Source of the DNA: an uncultured Bacilli bacterium
Lineage (GTDB): Bacteria > Bacillota_I > Bacilli_A > RF39 > UBA660
Assembly: GCA_947628745.1 (NCBI GenBank)
Contig: CANRBB010000002.1
Span: 1 to 47,190, forward strand
DNA length: 47,190 nucleotides
Direction: 5' to 3'
The notes under the pieces were generated by a model. It worked only from the letters and a program-made list of their open reading frames with translations, searched no databases and had not been told where the DNA came from. The translations under genes were made by a program, and so were the position numbers. Positions 10,123 to 18,955 of this stretch are shown in pieces (positions within the stretch are counted from its first letter, which is position 1; each line of letters starts with the position of its first letter).

Positions 10123-10650
10123 ATGAAAACAACTGGAGTAGTTAGAAGAATTGATGACTTGGGCAGAATTGTAATACCTAAAGAAATTCGAAGAACACTA
10201 CGTATACATGATGGAGAGTCATTGGAAATATTTGTTGATAATGAAATTATTACTCTAAAAAAATATTCGTCTTTAAGCGAACTTACTAATATTTCGAGAA
10301 TTCTTATAGATTCGATAAGCAAAGAGGTAAATAAATCTATTTTTATAACTGATAGAGATACTGTGATTGCTATTAGTGGAAATAGTAAGAAAAAATATAT
10401 AAATAAAAATATATCTTCTTATTTAGAACAAATAATTAATGATAGAAAAAAAATAAGATCTAGCTGTACAAATGTGGAGTTTGTAGATAAAATAGAAGAA
10501 AAATGTAGTTATGTTATTTCTCCAATTATCGCAAGTGGTGATGCTGTGGGGGCTGTGGTTATAATATCCGATGAAGATGATATTACGGAAGATGAAGAAA
10601 AATTAGTGCGAATAGTTGCAGAATTTTTAGGAAAACATATTGAAGAGTAA
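10123..10650 (+). CDS. spoVT: Stage V sporulation transcription factor SpoVT (AbrB-type N-domain plus GAF-like C-domain)
   Basis: N-terminus MKTTGVVRRIDDLGRIVIPKEIRRTLRI is the SpoVT/AbrB swapped-hairpin motif. The 175-aa length fits SpoVT rather than AbrB. It follows mfd as in Bacillus. Confidence 0.85.
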   Translation: MKTTGVVRRIDDLGRIVIPKEIRRTLRIHDGESLEIFVDNEIITLKKYSSLSELTNISRILIDSISKEVNKSIFITDRDTVIAISGNSKKKYINKNISSYLEQIINDRKKIRSSCTNVEFVDKIEEKCSYVISPIIASGDAVGAVVIISDEDDITEDEEKLVRIVAEFLGKHIEE

Positions 10651-10694
10651 AAGAAAATGTGTTATTCTGTTGTTAGAGGCGAAGAAAAAGAAAG

Positions 10695-10890
10695 CTGTAT
10701 AAATTAATTAGAGAGAGTTTCTGGTAGGTGTGAAGAAATATTTTTTATATGGGGATGGCTTTGGAGCTTTTGTGTTGATATGTAAGCATGAACGTAGGTA
10801 GGCGTTAACTATAATGAGTGTATAGTAAATATATTATAAAATAAGGTGGTACCGCGAAAATTTCGTCCTTATGTTATAATATTTTTTTGT
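10695..10890 (+). promoter_or_regulatory. T-box leader upstream of metG
   Basis: AGAGAGAG (10710-10717) is followed by TGGTAGGTG, a distal-loop-like element. T-box core GGTGGTACCGCG sits at 10845-10856. An antiterminator fold is visible: ataagg/ccttat helix, 7-nt bulge tggtacc, gcgaa/ttcgt helix. AUG triplets at 10749 and 10755 sit where a Met specifier is expected. Confidence 0.8.
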
Positions 10891-10905
10891 TATTGGAGGT
10901 TAAAA

Positions 10906-12420
10906 ATGAATAAAGAAAAGTTTTATATAACAACACCTATATATTATCCAAGTGGTAATTTTCATATTGGGCATTGTTATGCAACTATTGTTGCTGATAG
11001 TATAGCGCGATATAAAAGATTGAAAGGCTATGATGTTTTTTTTCAAACAGGAACAGATGAGCATGGTATAAAAATACAAAAAAAAGCTGAAAGTGCAGGT
11101 GTATCACCAAAAGAATATGTAGATAAAATAGTGGAAGATACAAAAGATTTGTGGTCTAAGTTAAATATTAGTTATAATAGGTTTTTAAGAACGACTGATA
11201 AAGAACATATTGAATGTGTGCAAAAAATATTTAAAATATTATATGATAAAGGTGATATATATAAAGGTCATTATAGTGGACTTTATTGTACTCCTTGCGA
11301 ATCCTTTTGGACAAAGACTCAATTGGTAGATGGTAAATGTCCAGATTGTGGAAGAGAAGTTCAAGAAGTAAAGGAAGAAGCCTATTTTCTAAAATTGTCT
11401 AAATATCAAGAACAATTGGTTAAATATTATGATGAACATCCTGATTTTATTCAACCCATTTCTAGAAAAAATGAGATGATTAATAATTTTATTAATGAAG
11501 GTTTGGAAGATCTATGTGTTTCTAGAACTTCCTTTACTTGGGGTATACCAGTAACTTTTGATCAAAAACATGTAGTGTACGTTTGGATAGATGCATTAAG
11601 TAATTATATTAGTAGTTTGGGATATTTATCTGAAGATGATAGTTTATTTAAAAAATTTTGGCCGGCTGATATACATATTGTTGGAAAAGAGATAATGAGA
11701 TTTCATACAATAGTGTGGCCTATTATGTTGTTTGCTTTGGGGTTGGAGCAGCCTAAACAAATTTTTGGGCATGGTTGGTTAAAAGTTGATGGTCAGAAAA
11801 TATCAAAATCTTTTGGTAATTATAAGGATCCAAGAGAGTATATTGATAAATATGGAGCTGATGTAGTCCGTTATTATTCTTTGAGGGAAGTACCATTTGG
11901 AAGTGATGGTAATTTTTCAGAAGACAATTTAATAATGAGACTTAATAGTGATTTAGCTAATGTATTAGGTAATTTAGTTCAACGAACTATCTCAATGGTG
12001 CAAAAATACTTTGCGGGTAAAGTTTCTAATAAAAAGATTAGGGAAGATATTGATAGTGATTTTATTAATATGATTTCTGAATTGAGTAGTAAAGTGGATA
12101 AGCAAATGGAAATATTAAATGTTGGAGATGCCGTGGGTGAAATATTCGATTTACTCCGTTGTAGTAACAAGTATATAGATGAAACTGTACCATGGGTATT
12201 AGCTAAAGATGAAAATAAAAAAGATCGGTTGGAAACAGTTCTGTATAATTTGTTGGAATCAATTAGAGTGTCATCTTGTTTATTAACTCCTTTTTTACCT
12301 GATACAAGTGATAAGATAAAGAACCAGTTAGGCAATTTGAATGATTCCCTAGAATATATAGATGATAATAGTTATAGTGTTAATAATCCTGAAATATTAT
12401 TTAAAAGGGTGGAAAAATAG
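10906..12420 (+). CDS. metG: Methionine--tRNA ligase (short form without C-terminal tRNA-binding domain)
   Basis: PSGNFHIGH (HIGH-like), KISKS, and CTPC...CPDC zinc knuckles. ATG 10906 follows GGAGG. The ORF-track extension to 10846 overlaps the T-box core. Confidence 0.95.
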   Translation: MNKEKFYITTPIYYPSGNFHIGHCYATIVADSIARYKRLKGYDVFFQTGTDEHGIKIQKKAESAGVSPKEYVDKIVEDTKDLWSKLNISYNRFLRTTDKEHIECVQKIFKILYDKGDIYKGHYSGLYCTPCESFWTKTQLVDGKCPDCGREVQEVKEEAYFLKLSKYQEQLVKYYDEHPDFIQPISRKNEMINNFINEGLEDLCVSRTSFTWGIPVTFDQKHVVYVWIDALSNYISSLGYLSEDDSLFKKFWPADIHIVGKEIMRFHTIVWPIMLFALGLEQPKQIFGHGWLKVDGQKISKSFGNYKDPREYIDKYGADVVRYYSLREVPFGSDGNFSEDNLIMRLNSDLANVLGNLVQRTISMVQKYFAGKVSNKKIREDIDSDFINMISELSSKVDKQMEILNVGDAVGEIFDLLRCSNKYIDETVPWVLAKDENKKDRLETVLYNLLESIRVSSCLLTPFLPDTSDKIKNQLGNLNDSLEYIDDNSYSVNNPEILFKRVEK

Positions 12421-12537
12421 CATGACAATATAGATGTCAAGTCTATTAAAATTATATAATTAGTATTTGTGTATTAGAAAAAATATGATATATTTTTAAT
12501 GTTGTCTTTGTAGTAGAAACTAGTAAAGGAGAACAAG

Positions 12538-12729
12538 ATGAAAAATATATCAGTTAGTAAGTTTGTGAATTTGGATACATTATATTTGTCAGCAGTTATA
12601 GTATTGATATATATGATAAAGTGCGAGGCTAATTTTTTGGATATAATGTATTTAGTTGTTTTAACTTTTTATTATTTTAGAATAAAAATTCATAGAAAAA
12701 AGTCTAAATATCATTCTGATTTGGGATGA
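12538..12729 (+). CDS. Small hypothetical membrane protein (63 aa, two hydrophobic segments, basic tail)
   Basis: A strong RBS (AAAGGAG) sits 7 nt upstream of the ATG. The ORF lies alone in a 490-nt spacer between metG and tatD. Confidence 0.45.
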   Translation: MKNISVSKFVNLDTLYLSAVIVLIYMIKCEANFLDIMYLVVLTFYYFRIKIHRKKSKYHSDLG

Positions 12730-12911
12730 TATTTTAAGTTTGAATAAATTTATAAATATATTATAATTAATATAATGACTTTAATTATGTGGTTTGAATA
12801 TTGAACCAGTAATTTTTATCATATTATAAATAATTATTTATCTTATTGTTATTGTATTTTCATTAGGGATAAAGGAGGTGGAGTCGAGAGATAGTTTTCT
12901 CGGCAGTAAAA

Positions 12912-13667
12912 ATGTATATAGATACGCATTGTCATTTACAAAAAGAATTTTATTATGATATAGAGAAAGTGATTAATGAAAATTTACGTAATCAAGTTCA
13001 AAAGATTGTAGTAAGTGGATGTAGTAAACAAGAGATTATAGAAGTATTACAGTATGCTTTAGAATATGATTCAGTTTTTTTAACGCTTGGTTTTCATCCT
13101 GATTCTTGTGAAGTTGTTAATGATCAAGATTTGGCTTGGCTTAAAGATTTAATAATAAAAAATCGTAAGGTTGTAGGTATTGGTGAAATTGGCTTAGACT
13201 ATCATTATGGTAAAGATAATAGAAACTTACAAATAGAGTTATTTAAAAAACAACTAAAAATTGCAGAAGAGTTGAATTTACCTGTTGTAATTCATTCTAG
13301 AGACGCAGTAAAGGATACTATTGAAATATTAAAGCAATATAAAATAAAGAGAGGAATTATACATTGTTTTAGTGGTAGTTTGGAAGTGGCACAACAATAT
13401 ATTAAGATGGGATATTATTTAGGGATTGGTGGTGTAGTAACTTTTAAAAATAGTAGGTTAACAGATGTTTTGACTAAATTAAGTTTGGAGAATATTGTGT
13501 TAGAGACAGATAGTCCTTATCTTACCCCAGAACCATTTAGAGGAACTATAAATAGTTCAAAATATGTTCCGATTATCGCTAAGAAATTAAGTGAAATATA
13601 TAATGTTCCAGTAGATAAAGTAGGTGCAGTGACTTTTAAAAATGCAAGCAATATTTTTCATATTTAA
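12912..13667 (+). CDS. tatD: TatD-family metal-dependent DNase/hydrolase
   Basis: MYIDTHCHL N-terminus, GEIGLDYHY, VIHSRDA, ETDSPYL motifs. Follows metG as yabD does in B. subtilis. Confidence 0.9.
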   Translation: MYIDTHCHLQKEFYYDIEKVINENLRNQVQKIVVSGCSKQEIIEVLQYALEYDSVFLTLGFHPDSCEVVNDQDLAWLKDLIIKNRKVVGIGEIGLDYHYGKDNRNLQIELFKKQLKIAEELNLPVVIHSRDAVKDTIEILKQYKIKRGIIHCFSGSLEVAQQYIKMGYYLGIGGVVTFKNSRLTDVLTKLSLENIVLETDSPYLTPEPFRGTINSSKYVPIIAKKLSEIYNVPVDKVGAVTFKNASNIFHI

Positions 13668-13861
13668 GTTGGTAAACTTTTGTAGATGTGATAATAAAAA
13701 ATGATATTGATACTAAAAATATTTTTTAAATATATTTTGTTAATTTTTATTGATTAATTTTTTATTTTTTTAGATAGGAAATACTATGACTCAAAAGATA
13801 TAGAACTTTACTTTTCATAGTTATATGGTTATAATACTAATTGAAGATAAAGAGGTGGCTT

Positions 13862-14458
13862 ATGGAAAGAAAAAATAAAAATAATTCGTCAGATAAGCAG
13901 TTAATTTTGGCTGTTAGTGGTATTATTATTTTTTTGTTAGTATGTATTTTGGTAGTTTGTTGTGTTATATTTTATACTAAGGATAATTCTATAAAAACTA
14001 ATGTGAAGATAGCCAAGGTAACTATGAATTATACTAATAGTTCCAATCAGCTTGTTATTGGACCTAAAAATATTGATGATGCTAATGCTATAAATATGGT
14101 AGATGGTGAAAATGTCTTTGATTTTACTATAAATGTTAAAACTGAGGCAGGTACAAAGATAAAGTATGAAGTAGTTGCTACTAAAGATCCTATTTCAACA
14201 ATATCTGATCACTATGCTAAAGTGTATTTACAAAAATTTAAAGATAGTAGTTATACTGGTGGAAAAGTAATAATGGGACCAGTTAGGTTTGATGAGATGG
14301 TGAAAAATGGAGAAAAAATTGTTTTAGATTCTGGTACTACAAAAGTATCGACAACGGTATATTATCGATTGATATTATGGACTGATTCTAATTATATTTC
14401 GCAAAGAGAAGATGACAATTTTAAATTGAGTATAAACGTACGTGGTGATGCGCAGTAA
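13862..14458 (+). CDS. Hypothetical membrane-anchored or secreted protein with beta-rich ectodomain
   Basis: A basic N-terminus and one TM (LILAVSGIIIFLLVCILVVCCVIFY) precede ~150 aa of alternating beta-like sequence. ATG 13862 follows AGAGGTGG; the ORF track starts at TTG 13841. Confidence 0.6.
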   Translation: MERKNKNNSSDKQLILAVSGIIIFLLVCILVVCCVIFYTKDNSIKTNVKIAKVTMNYTNSSNQLVIGPKNIDDANAINMVDGENVFDFTINVKTEAGTKIKYEVVATKDPISTISDHYAKVYLQKFKDSSYTGGKVIMGPVRFDEMVKNGEKIVLDSGTTKVSTTVYYRLILWTDSNYISQREDDNFKLSINVRGDAQ

Positions 14459-14580
14459 TTCAGTAAAAATGTAAAATTAGGCTCTGAATGATGTAAAGTC
14501 ACCTTTTTTTCTTGGTTAATATATTTAAATATATTTTGATGTGTATTAAGATTATTGTAGAGGAACAGAGGTGATATAAT

Positions 14581-15312
14581 ATGCAGGGTGCGATTATTAC
14601 TAAGTCTAATGGTCATACTAAAGATAATGTTTTAAATTCAGTAAAAAATGTATTATATTATTTCGTAAATGTTTTTTTAAATGTAATTTTGTCAATATTG
14701 GTAGTAATTAGTTTTTTGATTGTTATAAATTTTGTAGATAATAAAATTAATGAATTAAGAGGAAATAATGTTCCTCCTTTGTTTGGAACATATGTAATTA
14801 TCACTCCTAGTATGGTTCCAACTATTAAAGTTCAGGATGCAATAATTGTAACAAGAATTAACCCTAAAAATTTAAATGTTGGTGATATTATAACTTTTAG
14901 ATCTACTGATGCAAGGTATGCGGGTTATACTATTACTCATAGAATTCAAAAAATTACAACTAATGAAGAGGGGGAGAGAATGTTTATAACAAAGGGAGAT
15001 AATAATGCCCTAAGTGATAGTTCTCCTGTTTTAGAAAGTAATATATGTGGTAAAGTTCTATTGAAAATTCCCAAATTAGGTAAATTTCAGAAATTTTTAT
15101 ACAAGCCATTAGGATTCTTTTTAATAATTGTTTTACCTCTATTTATAATTGGATTCTTTAATATAAAAAGAGTAAATAAAATAGATAATGAAGAACAAAC
15201 TATTAATGATGAGAAAAATTGGTTAGAAAGTATTGAAATAATTGATTATCAAGAAGATGTTAATTCTATTAAAAATAGTAAACAAGATAGTGATGATATT
15301 GAAATAATATAA
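14581..15312 (+). CDS. sipW: Signal peptidase I, SipW/archaeal (Sec11-like) type
   Basis: ITPSMVPTI catalytic Ser box, ITHRI His box, TKGDNN motif, an N-terminal TM, a C-terminal TM and an acidic tail. Confidence 0.8.
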   Translation: MQGAIITKSNGHTKDNVLNSVKNVLYYFVNVFLNVILSILVVISFLIVINFVDNKINELRGNNVPPLFGTYVIITPSMVPTIKVQDAIIVTRINPKNLNVGDIITFRSTDARYAGYTITHRIQKITTNEEGERMFITKGDNNALSDSSPVLESNICGKVLLKIPKLGKFQKFLYKPLGFFLIIVLPLFIIGFFNIKRVNKIDNEEQTINDEKNWLESIEIIDYQEDVNSIKNSKQDSDDIEII

Positions 15313-15345
15313 TTTATATAGTATAAGTATATATTGGTGGTTTAT

Positions 15346-16137
15346 ATGCAGAATTTCCGTTTTAAAAAAAGTTTAGGACAGAATTTTATTAAAGATGATA
15401 GTATTGTTGAAAAAATGGTTAATGAGGGAAAACTTCTTAGTAATTCTATTGTTATAGAAGTCGGACCTGGTGAAGGTATATTAACAAAGCAATTAAGTAA
15501 AAGCTGTGCACATGTATTGTGCTATGAGTTAGATTTAGAACTAGAATATCATTTAATAGAATTACAAAAAAAATTAGGAAATGTTGATGTCATTTTTGGA
15601 GATTTTTTGGATAGGAATATATCGGAAGATATTGCTAAGTATAAGTATGAACATATTTATTTTGTAAGTAATGTTCCATATTATATAACGACGCCTATTT
15701 TAATGAAAATAATAGAGTCGAATGTTAACTTTGAAAAAGTGATTATTATGGTGCAAGAAGAAGTAGGAGAAAGAATTGCAGCTAGTTTTGGACATAAAGC
15801 ATATTCTTCATTAACGGTTTTCCTAAATTATTTTTATGATATTAAAAAATTATTTAAAGTTAATAGGCATGAATTTATACCTATTCCCAATGTTGATAGT
15901 GAAGTAGTAATGTTAACTAAAAAAGATAAAGAACTAGAAGTTGTAGATAAAGATTTTTTCTTTGGATTGGTGAAAGATAGTTTTAAGTTTAAAAGGAAAA
16001 ATTTAAGAAATAATTTGAAAAAATATGATTTAGAGATTATAGAAAATGTGTTACGTAGACATAATTTATCTTTGATGAGTAGAGCAGAGCAAGTACCTAT
16101 TGAAGTTTTTGCAGAGCTTAGCAATGAACTAAAATAG
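15346..16137 (+). CDS. rsmA: 16S rRNA (adenine1518/1519-N6)-dimethyltransferase
   Basis: FKKSLGQNFIKD, EVGPGEGILT and SNVPYYITTPI motifs. ATG 15346 follows GGTGG. Confidence 0.95.
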   Translation: MQNFRFKKSLGQNFIKDDSIVEKMVNEGKLLSNSIVIEVGPGEGILTKQLSKSCAHVLCYELDLELEYHLIELQKKLGNVDVIFGDFLDRNISEDIAKYKYEHIYFVSNVPYYITTPILMKIIESNVNFEKVIIMVQEEVGERIAASFGHKAYSSLTVFLNYFYDIKKLFKVNRHEFIPIPNVDSEVVMLTKKDKELEVVDKDFFFGLVKDSFKFKRKNLRNNLKKYDLEIIENVLRRHNLSLMSRAEQVPIEVFAELSNELK

Positions 16138-16245
16138 GTTTTTTGTTCTATATTTTTTTTTGTTGGCATATGATTTACTGGAAGATTTTTTGGTTATTTT
16201 TAATCTTCATTTTAGATAATATAATCAAATGGAGGATGAAATTAT

Positions 16246-17034
16246 ATGAATTTTAAAGTTGGGGATTTGGTTACTAGGAAGTCACATGGTAATGATATAG
16301 TTTTTCAGATTATAAATATAGATTACAATAATGTATTTTTAAAAGGTGTTGAGGTTAGATTATTGGCAGATAGTTTAATTGATGATTTAACTAAAGTTGT
16401 TGATGATTTAGATCCATACAGGTGTGATAGAGAATTAACTGCCAAGGCTATTAGCGATCTTAATTTAGATAGAAGTGAGTATTTTTATTTACCGGGTAAA
16501 ATATTGCATATTGATGCAGATAGTAATTATTTAGAAAGATGTATAAAATTTTATAGTGATTTAAAGGTGGAAGCTTATGGAATTAATTTAGACGAAAGTG
16601 AAATGGAAAGCAATATTATTGAGAAGTTAAAAGATTATAAACCTGATATTTTAGTGATAACAGGTCATGATGCTTATTTTAAAAATAAAGGAAGTATTAA
16701 TGATTTGAATAGTTATCAAAATAGTAAAAATTTTGTTAATACGGTAAAGAAAGCTAGAGAATATGAAAATAGTCAAGAAAAATTGATTATTATTGCTGGT
16801 GCATGTCAATCAAATTATGAGGAATTAATTAAAGCTGGTGCTAATTTTGCATCTAGTCCTAAACGTATAAATATACACGCACTTGATCCAGCAATTATTG
16901 CATCAAGTATTTCTTTGTCAGAAAAAAATAAGAGTATAGACTTAATTAATATGCTTGAAAAAACTAAATATAAGACTGATGGAATGGGGGGAATTATAAC
17001 TAATGGTACTATGTATGTGGGGTTTCCTAGATGA
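16246..17034 (+). CDS. yabG: Sporulation-specific protease YabG (peptidase U57)
   Basis: GDLVTRKSHGNDIVF N-terminus, PDILVITGHDA, IIAGACQS and GANFASSPKRINIHALDP motifs. Synteny rsmA-yabG-veg. Confidence 0.9.
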   Translation: MNFKVGDLVTRKSHGNDIVFQIINIDYNNVFLKGVEVRLLADSLIDDLTKVVDDLDPYRCDRELTAKAISDLNLDRSEYFYLPGKILHIDADSNYLERCIKFYSDLKVEAYGINLDESEMESNIIEKLKDYKPDILVITGHDAYFKNKGSINDLNSYQNSKNFVNTVKKAREYENSQEKLIIIAGACQSNYEELIKAGANFASSPKRINIHALDPAIIASSISLSEKNKSIDLINMLEKTKYKTDGMGGIITNGTMYVGFPR

Positions 17035-17252
17035 ATAAAGAATTATTACGTGAGAAAATAAAGGCAAAAGAAGGAAATCATTTTGATTTTGTATTTAATG
17101 GTAGTAGAAACCAAGTGGAAAAGTTTTCGGGTACTATCATAGAGACTTATCCTTCCGTTTTTTTGGTTGAAACTAATGAGGATATACCTCGAATTAAATC
17201 GTTTTCATATAATGATGTGATCACTTCAAACTTAGAGATGAAAGAAAAGTAA
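17031..17252 (+). CDS. veg: Veg protein (biofilm/sporulation-associated small protein)
   Basis: 73 aa with the ETYPSVF core shared with B. subtilis Veg. Its ATG overlaps the yabG TGA (ATGA). Confidence 0.8.
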   Translation: MNKELLREKIKAKEGNHFDFVFNGSRNQVEKFSGTIIETYPSVFLVETNEDIPRIKSFSYNDVITSNLEMKEK

Positions 17253-17337
17253 ATTTATGAAATATTTATGTTGATTTTTGATTATAGTTATTATAAAATA
17301 TAATTATAAAGTGTAAGGCTTTGGAGGGAGGAAACAC

Positions 17338-17637
17338 ATGGAAATTACATCCATAAAAGTTACAAAATTTAATCAGGAAGGTTCACGTAGAAAAGGTATT
17401 GCATCTATTGTTTTTGATGATTGCTTTGTCATTAAAAATATTAGAATTATTGAACGTGATGATAGATTGTTCGCTGCTATGCCTAGTAGGAGATCGGCAG
17501 ATGGTAAGTTTCACGATTTGGCTCATCCTTTAAACAAAGAAACTAGAAATTGGATTGAGTCTGCTATTATTGAAGCATATAATAATACAGAAGAGGTTAC
17601 TACACCAGTCGATGATGATTTTGAAGAAGATGAATAG
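17338..17637 (+). CDS. spoVG: Septation/sporulation regulator SpoVG
   Basis: MEITSIKV...GIASIVFDDCFVIKNIRII...LFAAMPSRR...GKFHDLAHPLNKETR matches SpoVG along its whole length. Strong RBS GGAGGGAGG. Confidence 0.95.
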   Translation: MEITSIKVTKFNQEGSRRKGIASIVFDDCFVIKNIRIIERDDRLFAAMPSRRSADGKFHDLAHPLNKETRNWIESAIIEAYNNTEEVTTPVDDDFEEDE

Positions 17638-17658
17638 GACCGTTGTGGTTCTTTTTTT
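17637..17658 (+). terminator. Intrinsic terminator after spoVG
   Basis: ggacc/ggttc 5-bp stem (one G:U), 5-nt loop, then T7 at 17652-17658. Confidence 0.55.
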
Positions 17659-17905
17659 GTTGATAAATAATTTAATGTTTAACATTTTATAAAGAAAATA
17701 AGGGTTAATACAGTAAGCTTAAAGAAAAAAATATTTTTTTAAATAATATAGATCAAGTTCTCATTTTCAAATGGTTAAGATTTAAATATTAGGAATTTTA
17801 TAATTAATAGTAATATATTATTTAATATGTCTTATATAGAAAGAATTTGTTTTAATTAGTTTATGGTATTGTTAGCTTCAGATAATGGTAATTTGAAAAA
17901 TATCA

Positions 17906-17934
17906 TTGACAAGAAAATTATTTTTAGTTATCAT
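17906..17934 (+). promoter_or_regulatory. Candidate sigma-A promoter upstream of the orphan 18074 gene
   Basis: TTGACA (17906-17911), 17-nt spacer, TATCAT (17929-17934). AT-rich DNA makes false positives likely. Confidence 0.3.
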
Positions 17935-18073
17935 CTTTTCTTGATGTACGTTATTTTTGAATTTATATAAATTTTTGATTGCGATGAATGAATTATACAA
18001 CTTTAAAAATAATATAATTAACTAATTATTGTTATAGAATGGATGGTGAATCGAGTTTTTACTTGATAGGTTT

Positions 18074-18901
18074 ATGAGTATTTATAATAAAGTGGTCAGT
18101 GATATGAAAATGTTGGGTTACATGCATGAACTATACAGATTTCAAGGCTTAAATAATGCTGAATATTTTGATATGAAAAACAATAAATTATTTAGCGAAA
18201 ATACAGGCAGATATTATTACTTTTCGAAAGGGATAAATCATCATAAATATTTTATTAATAAGAAGTTAAAACAATTAATATTTGAAATTTCTATAAATGA
18301 TACTAATAAATCATTAGACAGATATAGTTTAAATGATCTTAAAAGATTTAAAGAAATATGCGAATTAATTGAAAATTCAGAAGTTGTGGATAATTTGTGG
18401 AGTACAGGTGTAGTTGTTAATAAAATGTTTTTAAATTTACTTATTAATAATTGTGTTGACAGTGATAAGAAAAGTTTTAAATCGGCTGTGGAAAAAGTAG
18501 ATTCTAAAGTATTTGGTGGTGGGTTTGGTTTGGTTGATGATTGGTTAAAGTTATTAAATCATACAAGTTTTTTTACAGCAAAAAAGCAAATAACTAGAGG
18601 CGATATTATTCAGTATTTAAAAAGTATGAGAGCTAGTAATATGTTTTTTAATAAAGATTGTTTAGATTTTTTCTTTATGGAAAGAGAGTATAGTTTAAAT
18701 GTAAATATATTTAATAATTTTATAAAATATGAAATTATGAATGATTTGGAAAACATAGTAGAAAAAATGCTGTGTAGTGCAGAAAGCGATTTAAGCAAAT
18801 ATCCTAATAAGACAATTTCTCAAATAGTTAAAAATTATCAATTGCAAAGGGAAAAAGTAATACTATCTTTGGAAGAAAATTATAATAAAAAAATTAGATA
18901 A
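18074..18901 (+). CDS. Hypothetical protein (275 aa), no recognised family
   Basis: An 828-nt stop-free frame is very unlikely by chance at this AT content. No TM or signal peptide. The RBS is weak, so the true start could be ATG 18104 or 18110. Confidence 0.6.
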   Translation: MSIYNKVVSDMKMLGYMHELYRFQGLNNAEYFDMKNNKLFSENTGRYYYFSKGINHHKYFINKKLKQLIFEISINDTNKSLDRYSLNDLKRFKEICELIENSEVVDNLWSTGVVVNKMFLNLLINNCVDSDKKSFKSAVEKVDSKVFGGGFGLVDDWLKLLNHTSFFTAKKQITRGDIIQYLKSMRASNMFFNKDCLDFFFMEREYSLNVNIFNNFIKYEIMNDLENIVEKMLCSAESDLSKYPNKTISQIVKNYQLQREKVILSLEENYNKKIR

Positions 18902-18955
18902 TGTTTTTTGTTCTAAAATTGTTAAATTTTCATATTCTTTAATGGAGATGAAGAT

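Noticed and set aside
10846-10905. ORF-track N-terminal extension of metG (MVPRKFRPYVIIFFCYWRLK).
   Set aside because: The extension is translated from the T-box core and antiterminator sequence. GGAGG followed by ATG 10906 gives the canonical MetRS N-terminus.
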